Shown one piece after another: positions 48,380-60,886 of a stretch of 64,000 bases of DNA. The first letter of the stretch is position 1. Each line of letters begins with the position of its first letter. The position numbers and the translations under genes are program-made. The notes under the pieces are model-generated. The model had not been told where the DNA came from, did not search any database, and saw only the letters and a program-made list of their open reading frames with translations. Source of the stretch: Octopus bimaculoides (lineage: Eukaryota); NCBI RefSeq assembly GCF_001194135.2, contig NC_068985.1:96416754-96480753 (forward strand), given 5' to 3'.

Positions 48380-51300
48380 TTAAGCAGGAAGTTCATATAG
48401 AACTAGGGACGGTTGCAGACAGGATGGTATCAAAAGGGCCAAGAAGGAAGAATATGAAACAGAATTGCTGACCTTCTGGTATATAGGGTTGGCCATTACC
48501 ATTGTTGTTATTAGCCATATGTAATTGGTGAGGCATGGAGAGGTCACTGTGATAGTCTGAAAAAAAGCATAAAAGAAGAAAAAAAAAACCTTTTAAGGAA
48601 TTGGGTTTAAAACTGTTATCTGTGTGAAAGAAGGAAAGGAATTGGTAACTGTGAATGTGACTGCTCCGATGGGATAAGTTCTAAGACGTTTCCTCTGCAG
48701 AAACTGCGAAGTAAATGGAGAAACAAAGGAGGGAGAGGGGGAGAATAAAAATAACAACAACTAAAACAATGAGAACAACAACAATGACAAGAACAATATT
48801 CATTGTGAAATGTGTTGTTAGTAAGAGGGGGTAGCAGAAACAGGGTTAGGGTGGGGATGGAGTGGGGATTTGTATTGAGAAGCTGAACACAAAGTCAATT
48901 TACTGACCAACATTGGAAACCAAGAAACTAAATGAAATGAAACTTTTGGAAACCAATGGGGGAAGAATTTAAAGAACTAAAAGAATGGTTGCAAATAATG
49001 GCATCCAAGACCTAAAGGGATTTCCTCTTTTCAAAACTAGTTTCAGAGGAATAATCTATATTTATTTAATAGGAGGGTTTCTAGAAGAAATCAGTTAAGA
49101 CCAACTGCCACGAGGAATGAAGAATATAACGTTTCCAATTTTTGTCTTTCATCAGAGAAAGAAAGGAAATGGTTTTGTCATTTGGTTGGCATCAAGAAAG
49201 GAATTTGGTTATAGGAAATTTACTTCCACAAATTCTGTCTGACTCATGCAATTATGGAAAAGTAGACATTAAAAGAACTGATGTTACAGTAAGCTGGCCA
49301 TGCTACAGCAGCCAAGTGATAAAACCATTTTCTTTCTTTTTGTTTGTTAATCTCTGATGAGAGATGGAAACTTGAAACATTTGATTCGTAACTCCTCAAG
49401 ACACCTTTTCTTTCAACTCTCCAATTGATTTTTAAGTGTTGCAGACAGACCCTCACTAAATTCCTCAAAGTGTCAATTTAGCCTTATATTAATTTAAAAT
49501 GATGTACTCTGAAAGTTTGGCAGTCACACACATCAGTTATTCACTCAAGCTAAAATGTCAAGAGTAATTAATTACAAAAAAAATGAAGAAATGATTAAGG
49601 AAAATAAATAAAANNNNNNNNNNNNNNNNNNNNNNNNNNNNNNNNNNNNNNNNNNNNNNNNNNNNNNNNNNNNNNNNNNNNNNNNNNNNNNNNNNNNNNN
49701 NNNNNNNNNNNNNNNNNNNNNNNNNNNNNNNNNNNNNNNNNNNNNNNNNNNNNNNNNNNNNNNNNNNNNNNNNNNNNNNNNNNNNNNNNNNNNNNNNNNN
49801 NNNNNNNNNNNNNNNNNNNNNNNNNNNNNNNNNNNNNNNNNNNNNNNNNATGTAACTGGAAATTAGGGAGTCAAACAAAAATCATTTTCATCGTAGAAAA
49901 TGTAAAAGACACACACACAAACATACACAAATATTGGACATATATAGTTAAAAAAAAAAAATGGCAGTTTAGAAATTTAGTTGGATTTTACCTCAAGCTT
50001 TTGAGTTGGGAAACGGCTAACATCTGATGTTGTTCACAGTGAAACTCAAGATCCACCCAGGAACATTAAAAGACCCTTTTGTTATCCAAGACTTAGCACA
50101 AGTAAATTCCTCAAAGGTAAATTCTGAGCATTGAAATGTTTTATCAAATTAAATAAGGTTTACTGTTTCTTGTTCATTTTATCAACTGAATTCAAATTTG
50201 GCTGCCAGACATTTTGGCCAGCATCTGGTACCATTCCATATTTACTCTTTCGTAAGTTTAGTATGAGATGCCAAAGTATTCTGTTGAATACTAAAAAATA
50301 ATCCTAGATCAGATGTATATAATATTTAATAAGAATTTGATCTTGCACATCATAGTCACATTTACTTTTATAAGCACTGTGTTGTTTGCTATATCCTTTA
50401 CAAACCAAGGAATTTAGAAAGAGAGAGCTGTGCTTTACCGAGTTGATAAAAATGGCCAGAAAATACTGTTTGATTATACAAGATTAAACAGGATATAAAT
50501 AGATATCTTGAAAATGACGGAGCAATGGAAATTGAATTATGCTCGTTTTTATTTTTTTTCTTGTCAATCCTAAGAGAAAGCCACCTTTGAACTAAATATT
50601 TTTTAGTGATTCTTTTCAGCCATTGACAGAGAAATTCCCTGAAGCTATCCATGTTCTGTGTCACAGTATTCAAAAATGCAGTCTGCTTGGCAGCAAACTT
50701 CTATACAACTGTTCAGTTCAGAAACTGACCATTGAATTTTTACTTCCCCGTTTCTTTTCACTGAGACCTTTATAAACAATTTTTTTCCCAAACTTTTTAT
50801 TTCTAGTTTAGAAATCAATACATACATACATACATACATACACACATACACATTCATTGTTGTACAAGATCATTTGTTTGGTTGTAACAACTTATAAGTA
50901 ATTTGTAACAATAAACAGTGAAATGTCGATACAGAAGTTAAGATCTGGTTATTATTTACTTATTAGGAGTGGCTTATCGCAATGGTATAAGATATACACA
51001 TCGATAAGATAGAGCAAATATTTCACCAAAGCAGTGGAATTTCCACCATGTATATTTAACATAATACTAATGACAATTATAACATTAACAGTAATAGTAG
51101 CAGTGACAACTGCAATATTTTTTTTTTTAAATGATTAATAATGACAGGAGTATTAATATGAAATGGTAATATTTATAATATTTATCTCTACTTAGAAGTG
51201 GATGTTGTGTTAGAACACAGAATACTGCATTACTTATCACGAGAAAGCCTCTCGTATGAACTTGTGGTGCATATAAGCACTCATGTATATATCGCTAGTG

Positions 51301-51552
51301 GGATATAATCGTCTGCTGCCACCACTAGATGGAGTCCAGTCCTCAAGATGTTGGATAGGAGAAGTACCAGGTTAGAATACTAAACAAAGGCAGGGAGAGT
51401 AATCTTGTTACAAGGCCAGCAATTTTGAGGGGAGGGGCATATAAGTTAAGTACATCAACCTTGGTGGAATTTGAACTCAGAATGTGAAGAGCTGGAAGAA
51501 ATGCTGTTATGTATTTTGCCTGACATGTTAATGATTCAGCCAGCTCATTGCC

Positions 51553-51598
<46 letters not shown>

Positions 51599-53530
51599 TT
51601 CTTCACAAAGGTAAACAGACAAGATAAAGAGTGCAATGCGATTGCAATATTTTATTGGTTGAATGATATTTCAACAGTAAGCTTGTCTTTGTCGAGTTTA
51701 AATAAAATGTGATAAAAATTCAAATCTAAAGTATAAACGAGAGCAACCAGTGTATTTGAATGGTACAAAATCCATTGGCCCAGGGTTGGGCTCAACATAG
51801 GGGTCTAGCGAAATTACAGTTTTTGCATTTTATTTCTTCTTACAGTTGGCTTGTCAGCCCTGTTAGTTTTTGCTAGCCCCTGGTGTAGAACCCAATCCTG
51901 AGACAATGGATTTTGTGCCATTCAAAAACACTGATTGCTCTAACTCATATTTAAGATTTGAATTTCTATAATTTTTAATTTTCATCACATTTTATTTTGA
52001 ACTTGACAAAGACAGGATTTCTGTTGAAATATCGTTTAACCCCAAAAATATCTATTGCAATCACATTGCGCTCTTCGTCTTGTCTAATAATAATAATAAC
52101 GATAATAAAGAGAAGAGAGCATTATTGCTGTGAATTTCCTATCATTTTTTCCCCTTTATCTTCTTTGTTTACCATTTTTTTCCTTTTTCTCTGTCTTTCT
52201 TACCCTGACTTTGTAAACGAACAATCTGCTGTGTTTATTTTAATGGCCTACCAATGAATGTATACAACGAGTTTCTCGGTCCTAGGTGTCAGGAAGACAC
52301 TTGGCAAGAAATGGAAACAGAATTAAAAGAAGATAATAATGATAATAATAATAATCCTTTCTACTAAAGGCACAAGGCTTGAAATTTTGGAGGAAGGGCT
52401 AGTCAATAACATTGACTCCAGTGCATGACTGGTGCTTATTTTATCAAATTTTCTGAGTTCAAAGAGCAGACATTAACTAAGAGAGTTGGTGGTGGTGGTC
52501 ATGAATGGGAGATGTTAAAAGTATAAAGTTGAAACGATGATGATGATGATGATTTATTCAAGCTTCTGTAATATTTTTCTACAAGTGACATGAGAGAGAG
52601 AGTGAGAGTGAGAGTGAGAGAGAGTGAGTGAGACAGTAAGAGAGAGAGAGAGAGAGATGTTGAAAGCTTACTGGATATGTAGAAGAGGGGGGGAAATGGC
52701 TAGGAGTGGGGGTAGAGGGAAGAACCACACAAGGTATCTATCCTATCTGCCCCTCCTCCATCTCCACAGCTCATCATTCCCTCTTCCCTCTCTCCGGCTA
52801 CCCCCCACCCGACCCCGACTTTAAGATAATGGGCAACATGGAACCATTAAGCTGTGTTAAGGCTGGCTGTCCTATAATTGGTAACTAGATCAAACTTGTG
52901 CATTAAAAACATTACACTATAAAGTTCAAGGAAGGGACGGAAGATTCTGTCTGTGTGTGTGTGTGTGTGCATGTGAGGTTTGCATATATGTACATGAGCA
53001 TACATACACACACACACACACGGATACTCACACATACAAACAAATCCACCCACAATAGCCCCTCTCTATAATTACACCATTCCAGACAGCAGTGGTGGTG
53101 GTGGTGGTGGTGCAGAAGGGAAACTAGTGAGATGGAGAAAAAAAGAGAGAGAAAAAAATCCTCCACTTAATTGCTACCCAGCATGCCTTGCACACTTCCA
53201 CACCCAAATCTGAAGAGGGACATATTCATTATATTTTAAGCAGCTCACTACATGTATGAGTGTGTGTGTATAGATGAATGTGTGTGTAAGTATATATATG
53301 GGTGCATGTGTTAATATGTATGAGTGTCCACACACACGTGTGTGTGTGTGTTTGATTAACTGGTGGTAGGGCTTGTTGCTATATACCACTTTGCCTACCA
53401 CAACCATTACTGAAGCAGCCCACATTAGGAAGTATCTAGATGTCCTTACCTACCTCAACTAAAACTGTAGCAGCTGGTGCTTAGTAGTTCTCAGTACAGC
53501 GTGACTTTTACCAACCCTTCAGAATATGCT

Positions 53531-54155
53531 GAAGTAACCCAGAGGTAGCCCATCCTAGATGCTGCCAAAATCAGAGTTTAGCAATGTTGATTACAGTCGA
53601 GGCAGCCCTGAGGTAGCCCAGACTACATGCTGTTCAGACCCTTATGTACCATGTACTAGCCTTGAACAGATTTGGGGCAGCCCTAAGGTAGCCCATTCTA
53701 GATGCTGCCAAGATCAGAGTTTAGCAACGTTGGATTACAATTGAGGCAGCCCTGAGGTAGCTCAGATTATTTGCTATTTAGGTCATCGTTGTAGCTGCCT
53801 TGAATTGAGGCAGCCCAGACAAGATGTTCAAACCCTTATATACCATGTACTAGCTTTGAACAGAATTGGGACAGCCCTAAGGTAGCCCACTCTAGATGCT
53901 GCCAAGATCAGAGTTTAACAATGTTGATTACAGTTGAGGGAGCCCTGAGGTAGCCCAGACTATTTGTTATTCAGGTCATCGTCGTAGCTGCCTTGAATTG
54001 AGGCAGCCCAGACTACATGCTGTTCAGAGCCTTATGTACCATGTACTAGCCTTGAATAGAATTGGGGCAACCCTAAGGTAGCCCAGATTAGATGCTCTTC
54101 AGACCAATGATGAACCAGCCTTGAAAAGAATTGAGGCAGCCTTGAGGTGGTTCCC
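53531..54155. repeat. Higher-order minisatellite: 10 monomers of 61-75 bp with a conserved G(A/G)GGCAGCCCT(G/A)AGGTAGCCCA core, ~195-bp trimeric period
   Basis: Core starts at 53531, 53599, 53674, 53743, 53807, 53868, 53936, 54000, 54064, 54133; spacer order A-B-A-C-B-A-C-B-D. Confidence 0.9.
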
Positions 54156-54814
54156 AACAGATGCACCTCAGACATCTGAATCAGACTTATCATTTATTAG
54201 CTTTAATACTTATGCTTCAGTGACATTTACATGTGTGTGTGTGTGTATGTGTGGATATGTCAGGGCATCGTGTGTATGGAGATGTGCCAATAAAGCCCAT
54301 CCCAAGTGTTCAGTAGTAAAAAAATAAATAAGATAAGATAAAATAAAGCAAAAAAAACAAAAAAACTATGTCACCAGTGAAATAAAAGCAACAACTACCA
54401 CCACCACAACCCTTTGACCAATTATCTTCTGCTAATAAACAAAACTAGGGTAAAATAGATCTTCAGGGCAAAACTAGAAATTTCTAGCATACAACAACAA
54501 CAATAAAACTAACCACTTGTTCATCTTTCAAGAAATAAACATTCCTATAAAATAAACAAACAAGGCATTCAGATTTCTGGGAGTAGGGAACAGTTAAAAT
54601 TTATACAGGCTCAGTTCTTCACCGATTCCTTATTTTATCAACTCCAGCAGGATTAAGGCAGAGTCAGGTTCNNNNNNNNNNNNNNNNNNNNNNNNNNNNN
54701 NNNNNNNNNNNNNNNNNNNNNNNNNNNNNNNNNNNNNNNNNNNNNNNNNNNNNNNNNNNNNNNNNNNNNNNNNNNNNNNNNNNNNNNNNNNNNNNNNNNN
54801 NNNNNNNNNNNNNG

Positions 54815-54990
54815 GCGAAATGCTTAGTGGCATTCCGTCTGTCTTTATGTTCTGAGTTCAAATTCCGCTGAGGTCGGCTTTGGCTTTCATCCTTTGGGAG
54901 TCGATAAATTAAGTAGCAGTTGTGTACTGGAGTCGATCTAATTGACTGGCCCCCTCCCCCCCAAATTTCGGGCCTTGTGCCTAGAATAGA
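54815..54990 (+). mobile_element. SINE family C copy (5' end in gap); further copies at about 13130-13335(-), 16436-16590(-), 23050-23250(+), 37513-37710(+), 51385-51550(-), 61365-61560(+), 62030-62265(-)
   Basis: Colinear with 7895-8108. Confidence 0.82.
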
Positions 54991-57397
54991 AAAAAATACA
55001 GAATATGAAGGCACAGGTGTGACTGTGTGGTAAGAAGTTTGCTTCTCAACCACATGGTTCTGGGTTCAGTCCCACTGCATGATACCCTGGGCAAGTGTCT
55101 TCTACTATAGCCTTGCGCCGACAATGCATGGCTCAATTCAACAATTGAACCCATGATCTAATGACTAAGTGCCAAGGTAGCCCATTAAATAAAATGATTA
55201 AAAAAACCCCCAAAAAACTGGATTTCTGACTATAGGACACACTACTGGGCATGCTCATATTAGAAGCTGTATGAATTGGGTTGCTAGCCCTGGTGGTGGT
55301 GGTGGTGGTGGAATAGATGAGTTTCGAGTGTTGATATGTGTTGGGGGTGGGTGGGACTGGAGCTGTGTACTACTGTAGATGGGTTGTTTGGTTCATTAGG
55401 TACAGCAGACACTTTGGCAGTTGAAAGGGAAAAGGAAACATCTGAACCGGTGTCAGGAAGAGAATGAGAGAACAGTTTGTAAGTACATAGCTCATAGCTC
55501 CATCTGGCGTCAGCAATGTAACTAATAACTGCCCCTCCCCTCCACACATACATACATCTTCTTGTAACTAATACTAATTAATTAACGAAATGGCTGCATG
55601 GAGTATTTTGAACACTGGCCAGATTGCTGTAAGTGAGGACAGACAGAGCAGTGCGGAGGAATGATATGTTGGTGCAACACAACTCGGGGCTCATAGGGAA
55701 CAAGGATAAGATGACTGTGAGTATGTGTGCACCATCGTCATCATTTATTGTCCATGTTCATACGGACATGGATTTAATGGTTCAAAGAGATCCAGCTATC
55801 CACAAGGCTGCATGGAACTCAAATGTCAGCTATGACGTGGTTTCTATGACCAGATGCCCTTCCTAGCACCAACCAGTTTACATTGGGTACAAGGGGATTT
55901 TTCCATGCCATCTGCATTATTGAAGTTCTCAAGTAATTCACAAAACAGGAAAAAANNNNNNNNNNNNNNNNNNNNNNNNNNNNNNNNNNNNNNNNNNNNN
56001 NNNNNNNNNNNNNNNNNNNNNNNNNNNNNNNNNNNNNNNNNNNNNNNNNNNNNNNNNNNNNNNNNNNNNNNNNNNNNNNNNNNNNNNNNNNNNNNNNNNN
56101 NNNNNNNNNNNNNNNNNNNNNNNNNNNNNNNNNNNNNNNNNNNNNNNNNNNNNNNNNNNNNNNNNNNNNNNNNNNNNNNNNNNNNNNNNNNNNNNNNNNN
56201 NNNNNNNNNNNNNNNNNNNNNNNNNNNNNNNNNNNNNNNNNNNNNNNNNNNNNNNNNNNNNNNNNNNNNNNNNNNNNNNNNNNNNNNNNNNNNNNNNNNN
56301 NNNNNNNNNNNNNNNNNNNNNNNNNNNNNNNNNNNNNNNNNNNNNNNNNNNNNNNNNNNNNNNNNNNNNNNNNNNNNNNNNNNNNNNNNNNNNNNNNNNN
56401 NNNNNNNNNNNNNNNNNNNNNNNNNNNNNNNNNNNNNNNNNNNNNNNNNNNNNNNNNNNNNNNNNNNNNNNNNNNNNNNNNNNNNNNNNNNNNNNNNNNN
56501 NNNNNNNNNNNNNNNNNNNNNNNNNNNNNNNNNNNNNNNNNNNNNNNNNNNNNNNNNNNNNNNNNNNNNNNNNNNNNNNNNNNNNNNNNNNNNNNNNNNN
56601 NNNNNNNNNNNNNNNNNNNNNNNNNNNNNNNNNNNNNNNNNNNNNNNNNNNNNNNNNNNNNNNNNNNNNNNNNNNNNNNNNNNNNATGACCTCGCTCGAA
56701 TGTCTTTTCACGTGCCACCGACACAAGTGCCGCAATCTGGGGGGAACCAGTTGGGAGTCTGCGTGGAGAGGGACAGAAAAGAAGAGAGAGAGAGAGTGAG
56801 AGAGAACTTGTGTCTCACAACCAGACTTCATTTGATTACAACACACACAATGCAGGCATGCACACACGTGTGCATGCGTGCATGTTTTTGCTTCCAGCAC
56901 AATTGCCAAAACCGGTTAAATATCCAATCAGCCATGCCAAAACCTCAGCATCCAAACAGCTGCGCCAAACTGTCTCATTCCAGGATAAGAGACCGAACAT
57001 AACACTCTACTGTCCACGGAAATACTGACATTTTACTTGAGAGTCATGCAAGACAGGGGCTTCGCAAATGCCCCCTAAAACTGCGCTGTAACCCTATCTA
57101 CTGATCCTCATTCAACACCAAAGCAATGGAATAATGAATGGTAGCTGCCACTGCTCTCAACACTAATTAGTGACTGTTCAGAATTCCTGCTTTAACTAAG
57201 AGCACACTTGAAGTGTAATTGATATCTTCGCACTTCCTCTTGCAGAATTACAAGGAGCGGAATCAGGAGATTTGTTACTGCATGCACACACACAGGGTTC
57301 TTTACTTTGTTGTTTTCTGTCGCAGCCGAGACCTTGTTGGATGACTGCTTTTTACACATGTGGACGTATGCAAGCACATATACACACATGCGTTTCC

Positions 57398-57428
<31 letters not shown>

Positions 57429-57795
57429 TACTTGTTTTAGTCATTAGACTGTGGTCATGCTGGAGCACAGCATTGAAGAATATTTTGTTCAGTGAATTGA
57501 CCCCAGTAACCTATTTTTTTAAGCCTGTACTTTTCTATCTGATGGGGACGTAAACACACCATCATAGGTTGTCGTGCAGAGGAGGGAACAAACACAATGA
57601 CAGACACACACACACATATGTAAATATATATGACAAGCTTCTTTCAGTTTCCATTTACCAAATCACAAGGATTTGGTCAGCCCAAGGTACCATGAAGAGG
57701 GACTGAACCTGGAACCATGTGGTTATGAAGAAAACTTCTTACTACACAGCCACTTGTGCACCTATATATGTGTGTGTGTGTGTGTATTCTTTTAT

Positions 57796-58158
57796 TCTTT
57801 TACTTGTTTCAGTCATTTGACTGCAGCCATGCTGGAGCATCGCCTTTAGTCAAACAAATCAAGCCCAGGGCTTATTCTTTGTAAGCCTAGTACTTATTCT
57901 ATCGGTGTCTTTTGCCGAACCGCTAAGTTACGGGAATGTAAGCATGCCAACTTTGGTTGTCAAGCAATAGTGGGGGAACAAACAGACAAACAAACATACA
58001 TACATGATGTGCTTCTGTTAGTTTCCGCCTACCAAATCCATTCACAAGGCTTTGTAGAAGGCTATAGTAGAAAACACTTGCTCAAGGTGCCACACAGTGG
58101 CTCTGAACCTGGAACCATGTGGTTCGGAAGCAAGCTTTTTACCACACAGGCACTCCTG
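57796..58158 (-). mobile_element. SINE family A copy (a second, more decayed copy lies at about 57430-57760)
   Basis: Colinear with the family A consensus inferred from other copies. Confidence 0.82.
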
Positions 58159-58324
58159 TGACTATATATATTATATATAAATGCCTATGTATATACGCAT
58201 CAGCGTAGATATAATTGTAGCCAAGTTACGAGATACTTCTAAACAAGACACTCCTACACATTTTAATGTATTTATATGTTTTTACATTTAAGTTCAAACT
58301 TACACAACTGGTAGTATTAACGAC

Positions 58325-58363
<39 letters not shown>

Positions 58364-58410
58364 GGAGAGAGAGAGAGAGGGAGAGAGAGAGAGAGAGGAG
58401 AGAGAAGAGA
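58325..58410. repeat. (GA)n microsatellite
   Basis: Directly visible. Confidence 0.93.
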
Positions 58411-58757
58411 GTTAAAAGCTTTCATTAAAATCAGAAAATATCGGAGCAGCACAGATCCACCAATTTGAAGCAAACACTGACGCTGCGAAACTGAGGAAGT
58501 CGGTCTTTGCAGTACATTTACCATTCAATAGAACCACTTCCTTTCTATCACATTACTTACATATATCCACCACCATTCCACTCACTACACTTTTTTCTTA
58601 TTTAATTAGCTTCTATAACACACGCAGTTGTTTGTCTGTTTGTTTGTTGTCCATTATTATCCTGCTGGCATATATGTAGGACGGGAACTTATGCCAGGCC
58701 AGGATTTTACTGCCAGGTGCTATTCCTGCTGCCAACCTTTATTTAGTTTTTCAAGTA

Positions 58758-58968
58758 ACTCTTTTACCCTTTTACTTGTTTCAGTCATTTGACTGCGGCC
58801 ATGCTGGAGCACCACCTTTAGTCGAGCAAATCGATCCCAGGACTTATTCTTTGGAAGCCTAGTACTTGTTCTATCGGTCACCACACTGATGCTGGTGTGT
58901 TTACGGGGACGTAAACACACCAGCATCAGTTGTCAAGAGATGTTGGGGGGACAAACACTGACACACAA

Positions 58969-59004
<36 letters not shown>

Positions 59005-59163
59005 GACGGGCTTCTTTCAGTTTTCGTCTACCAAATCCACTCGCAAGGCTTTGGTCGGCCCGAGGCTATAGTAGAAGACACTTGCTCAAGGTGTCACGCA
59101 GTGAAACTGAACCCAGAACCATGTGGTTGGTAAGCAAGCTTCTTACCACACAGCCACTCCTGC
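58758..59163 (-). mobile_element. SINE family A, near full length
   Basis: Reverse complement colinear with 42688-43047 and 18563-18866. Confidence 0.87.
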
Positions 59164-59714
59164 AAGGGTGTCTTTTTCTTTATAACTCTCAACAAACCTT
59201 TGAATATATTTGTGTGTCTGTGTGTACCCTTGATCTGACATTGTGTGAAAGTTGTAAATGAATGAGCATCACTGCCAAACAAGCAATGAAGAAACATTAC
59301 CTTGCTAGGAAATAGGTGAGTGTGAGCAACAGGAAGGGCATCCAGCTGTAGAAATTTTCTACCTTAATGAATTCCATTCGATAGTTCGACAGGAGCTGGC
59401 AAGCTGAAGAGCTGCATCCTAACCCTAACCCTAACAGAGTGTGTTGGGTGCGTTTTGTGTGGCACCAATATTGGCAAGTTTACCAAATAACTTGCAAGAC
59501 ATAAGATCCAACTGCGGAGGTGAGAGGTATTGAGGGGGCAGGGGTGTCCTGTGTGCCAGATGATGAGAGGTTAGAGAATGAGAGAGACAGAAATGGGTAT
59601 CTTGCTGTAGAAAGACAAATGGTTACCCCAGCTGGAAAGAGAAGAGAGAGAGAGAGAGAGTGATAGAGATAGTGGCAATGTGCTAGGGCACCCATGTACA
59701 AGTCACACCTCTAA

Positions 59715-60015
59715 TTTAGTTTTGAGCGAGGTCGTTGCCAGTGCCGCTGGACTGGCTCCTGTGCAGGTGGCACGTAAAAAACACCATTTGACCTCGGCTG
59801 TTGCCAGTACCACCTGACTGGCTCTTGTGCCGGTGGCACGTAAAAGTACCCACTACACTCTCGGAGTGGTTGGCATTAGAAAGGGCATCCAGCTGTAGAA
59901 ACTCTGCCAAATCAGATTGGAGCCTCGTGCAGCCATCTGGTTTGCCAGTCCCCAGTCAAATCGTCCAACCCATGCTAGCATGGAAAGCGGACGTTAAACG
60001 ATGATGATAATGATG
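59715..60015 (+). mobile_element. Family D retroposon copy (5' truncated)
   Basis: Colinear with 47870-48164. Confidence 0.8.
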
Positions 60016-60346
60016 AATCTTAGTACAAAATTTTCGGTACTAAATCATAAATCTAGCTTTGCCCATTGTATGTTGCCCATTAGTTGTTTCGGTTGAAAGC
60101 AAGTATAGTCTGTTTTTAAGTTTCCTCTTTACAAATCTACTCAGAAGTCAAATATACAGGTACGAAAGTACCTTTACACCACGTGTAAGTATAAATATAT
60201 TTTTTTAGTAATCATCAAAAAATATCAGAACTCAAATTCCAAAACACATATTCTGAATTAATCATAATTACATAAACATTTATATATAAAAAAAAAGATT
60301 GTAGCAAAAAATAAAAATAAAAATAGAAAGTTGAATAATAATAATA

Positions 60347-60886
60347 GCCCTGATGCAGTACCAGGCAGTGGGCTCTCTTGGCTTCTCATCTTAATTGATT
60401 GGAAGTGTTATCATGTACTTGTTTTGTGTTGGTATAAAAGATGGGCTACAGCAAATATTCTGCTTAATATTTGCTTGTCTGTTGTTTGACCGTAACCAGT
60501 TGAGCATGTCCCTTGCTGGTTGACGATATGTGCATCTCTGATCACGAGCAGAAGTAGTGGAGGAGCATCATAGCCATGTGTTGAGAGAAATTCTTAAGGG
60601 TCTGGATAATTCACCTTTGGAAACAAAGGTGTTTCGTTCAACATCCTTAGACAACCCTTATTCAGGGATATTTTGAGTGGGATGGGCTACTCAACCTGAA
60701 GAAAATTCTAACTGAGCCCCACCTGCAAGGTCATGCGTTGTTTATCTAGATATGAGATCACCATGTCGCGCACATATGGTTGTGATGCATGTACCTGGTG
60801 TACCTTTATCCGATGGGTAGTCATGAGGGGTATACTGGGCTTCATATCTTTTACCCAAGTTTCACTTTGATGGCATGCTCTCACTC
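60347..60886 (-). mobile_element. 540-bp non-coding element bounded on both sides by (AAT)n
   Basis: (AAT)n at 60334-60346 and 60887-60898; complex interior with no ORF in the track. Strand assigned only by analogy to (TAA)n-tailed elements. Confidence 0.5.

Noticed and set aside
49354-49380. CTGATGA...GAAAC hammerhead candidate
   Set aside because: The intervening GAGATG cannot form stem II, and stems I and III are absent.
50398-50673. Minus-strand ORF as an alternative first exon of the ETS gene
   Set aside because: The only plausible donor (AAG|gtggct) is phase 2, incompatible with the phase-1 acceptor at 45227; no homology recognised.
53531-54155. CRISPR array interpretation of the repeat-spacer structure
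   Set aside because: Spacers recur in a periodic order, repeats vary, there are no cas genes, and the context is a eukaryotic intron.
60610-60670. Hammerhead-like arrangement (minus strand CUGAAUAAG...GAAACACCUUUG/CAAAGGUG) in the 540-bp element
   Set aside because: The core is not CUGANGA and there is no U-H cleavage site after the helix.
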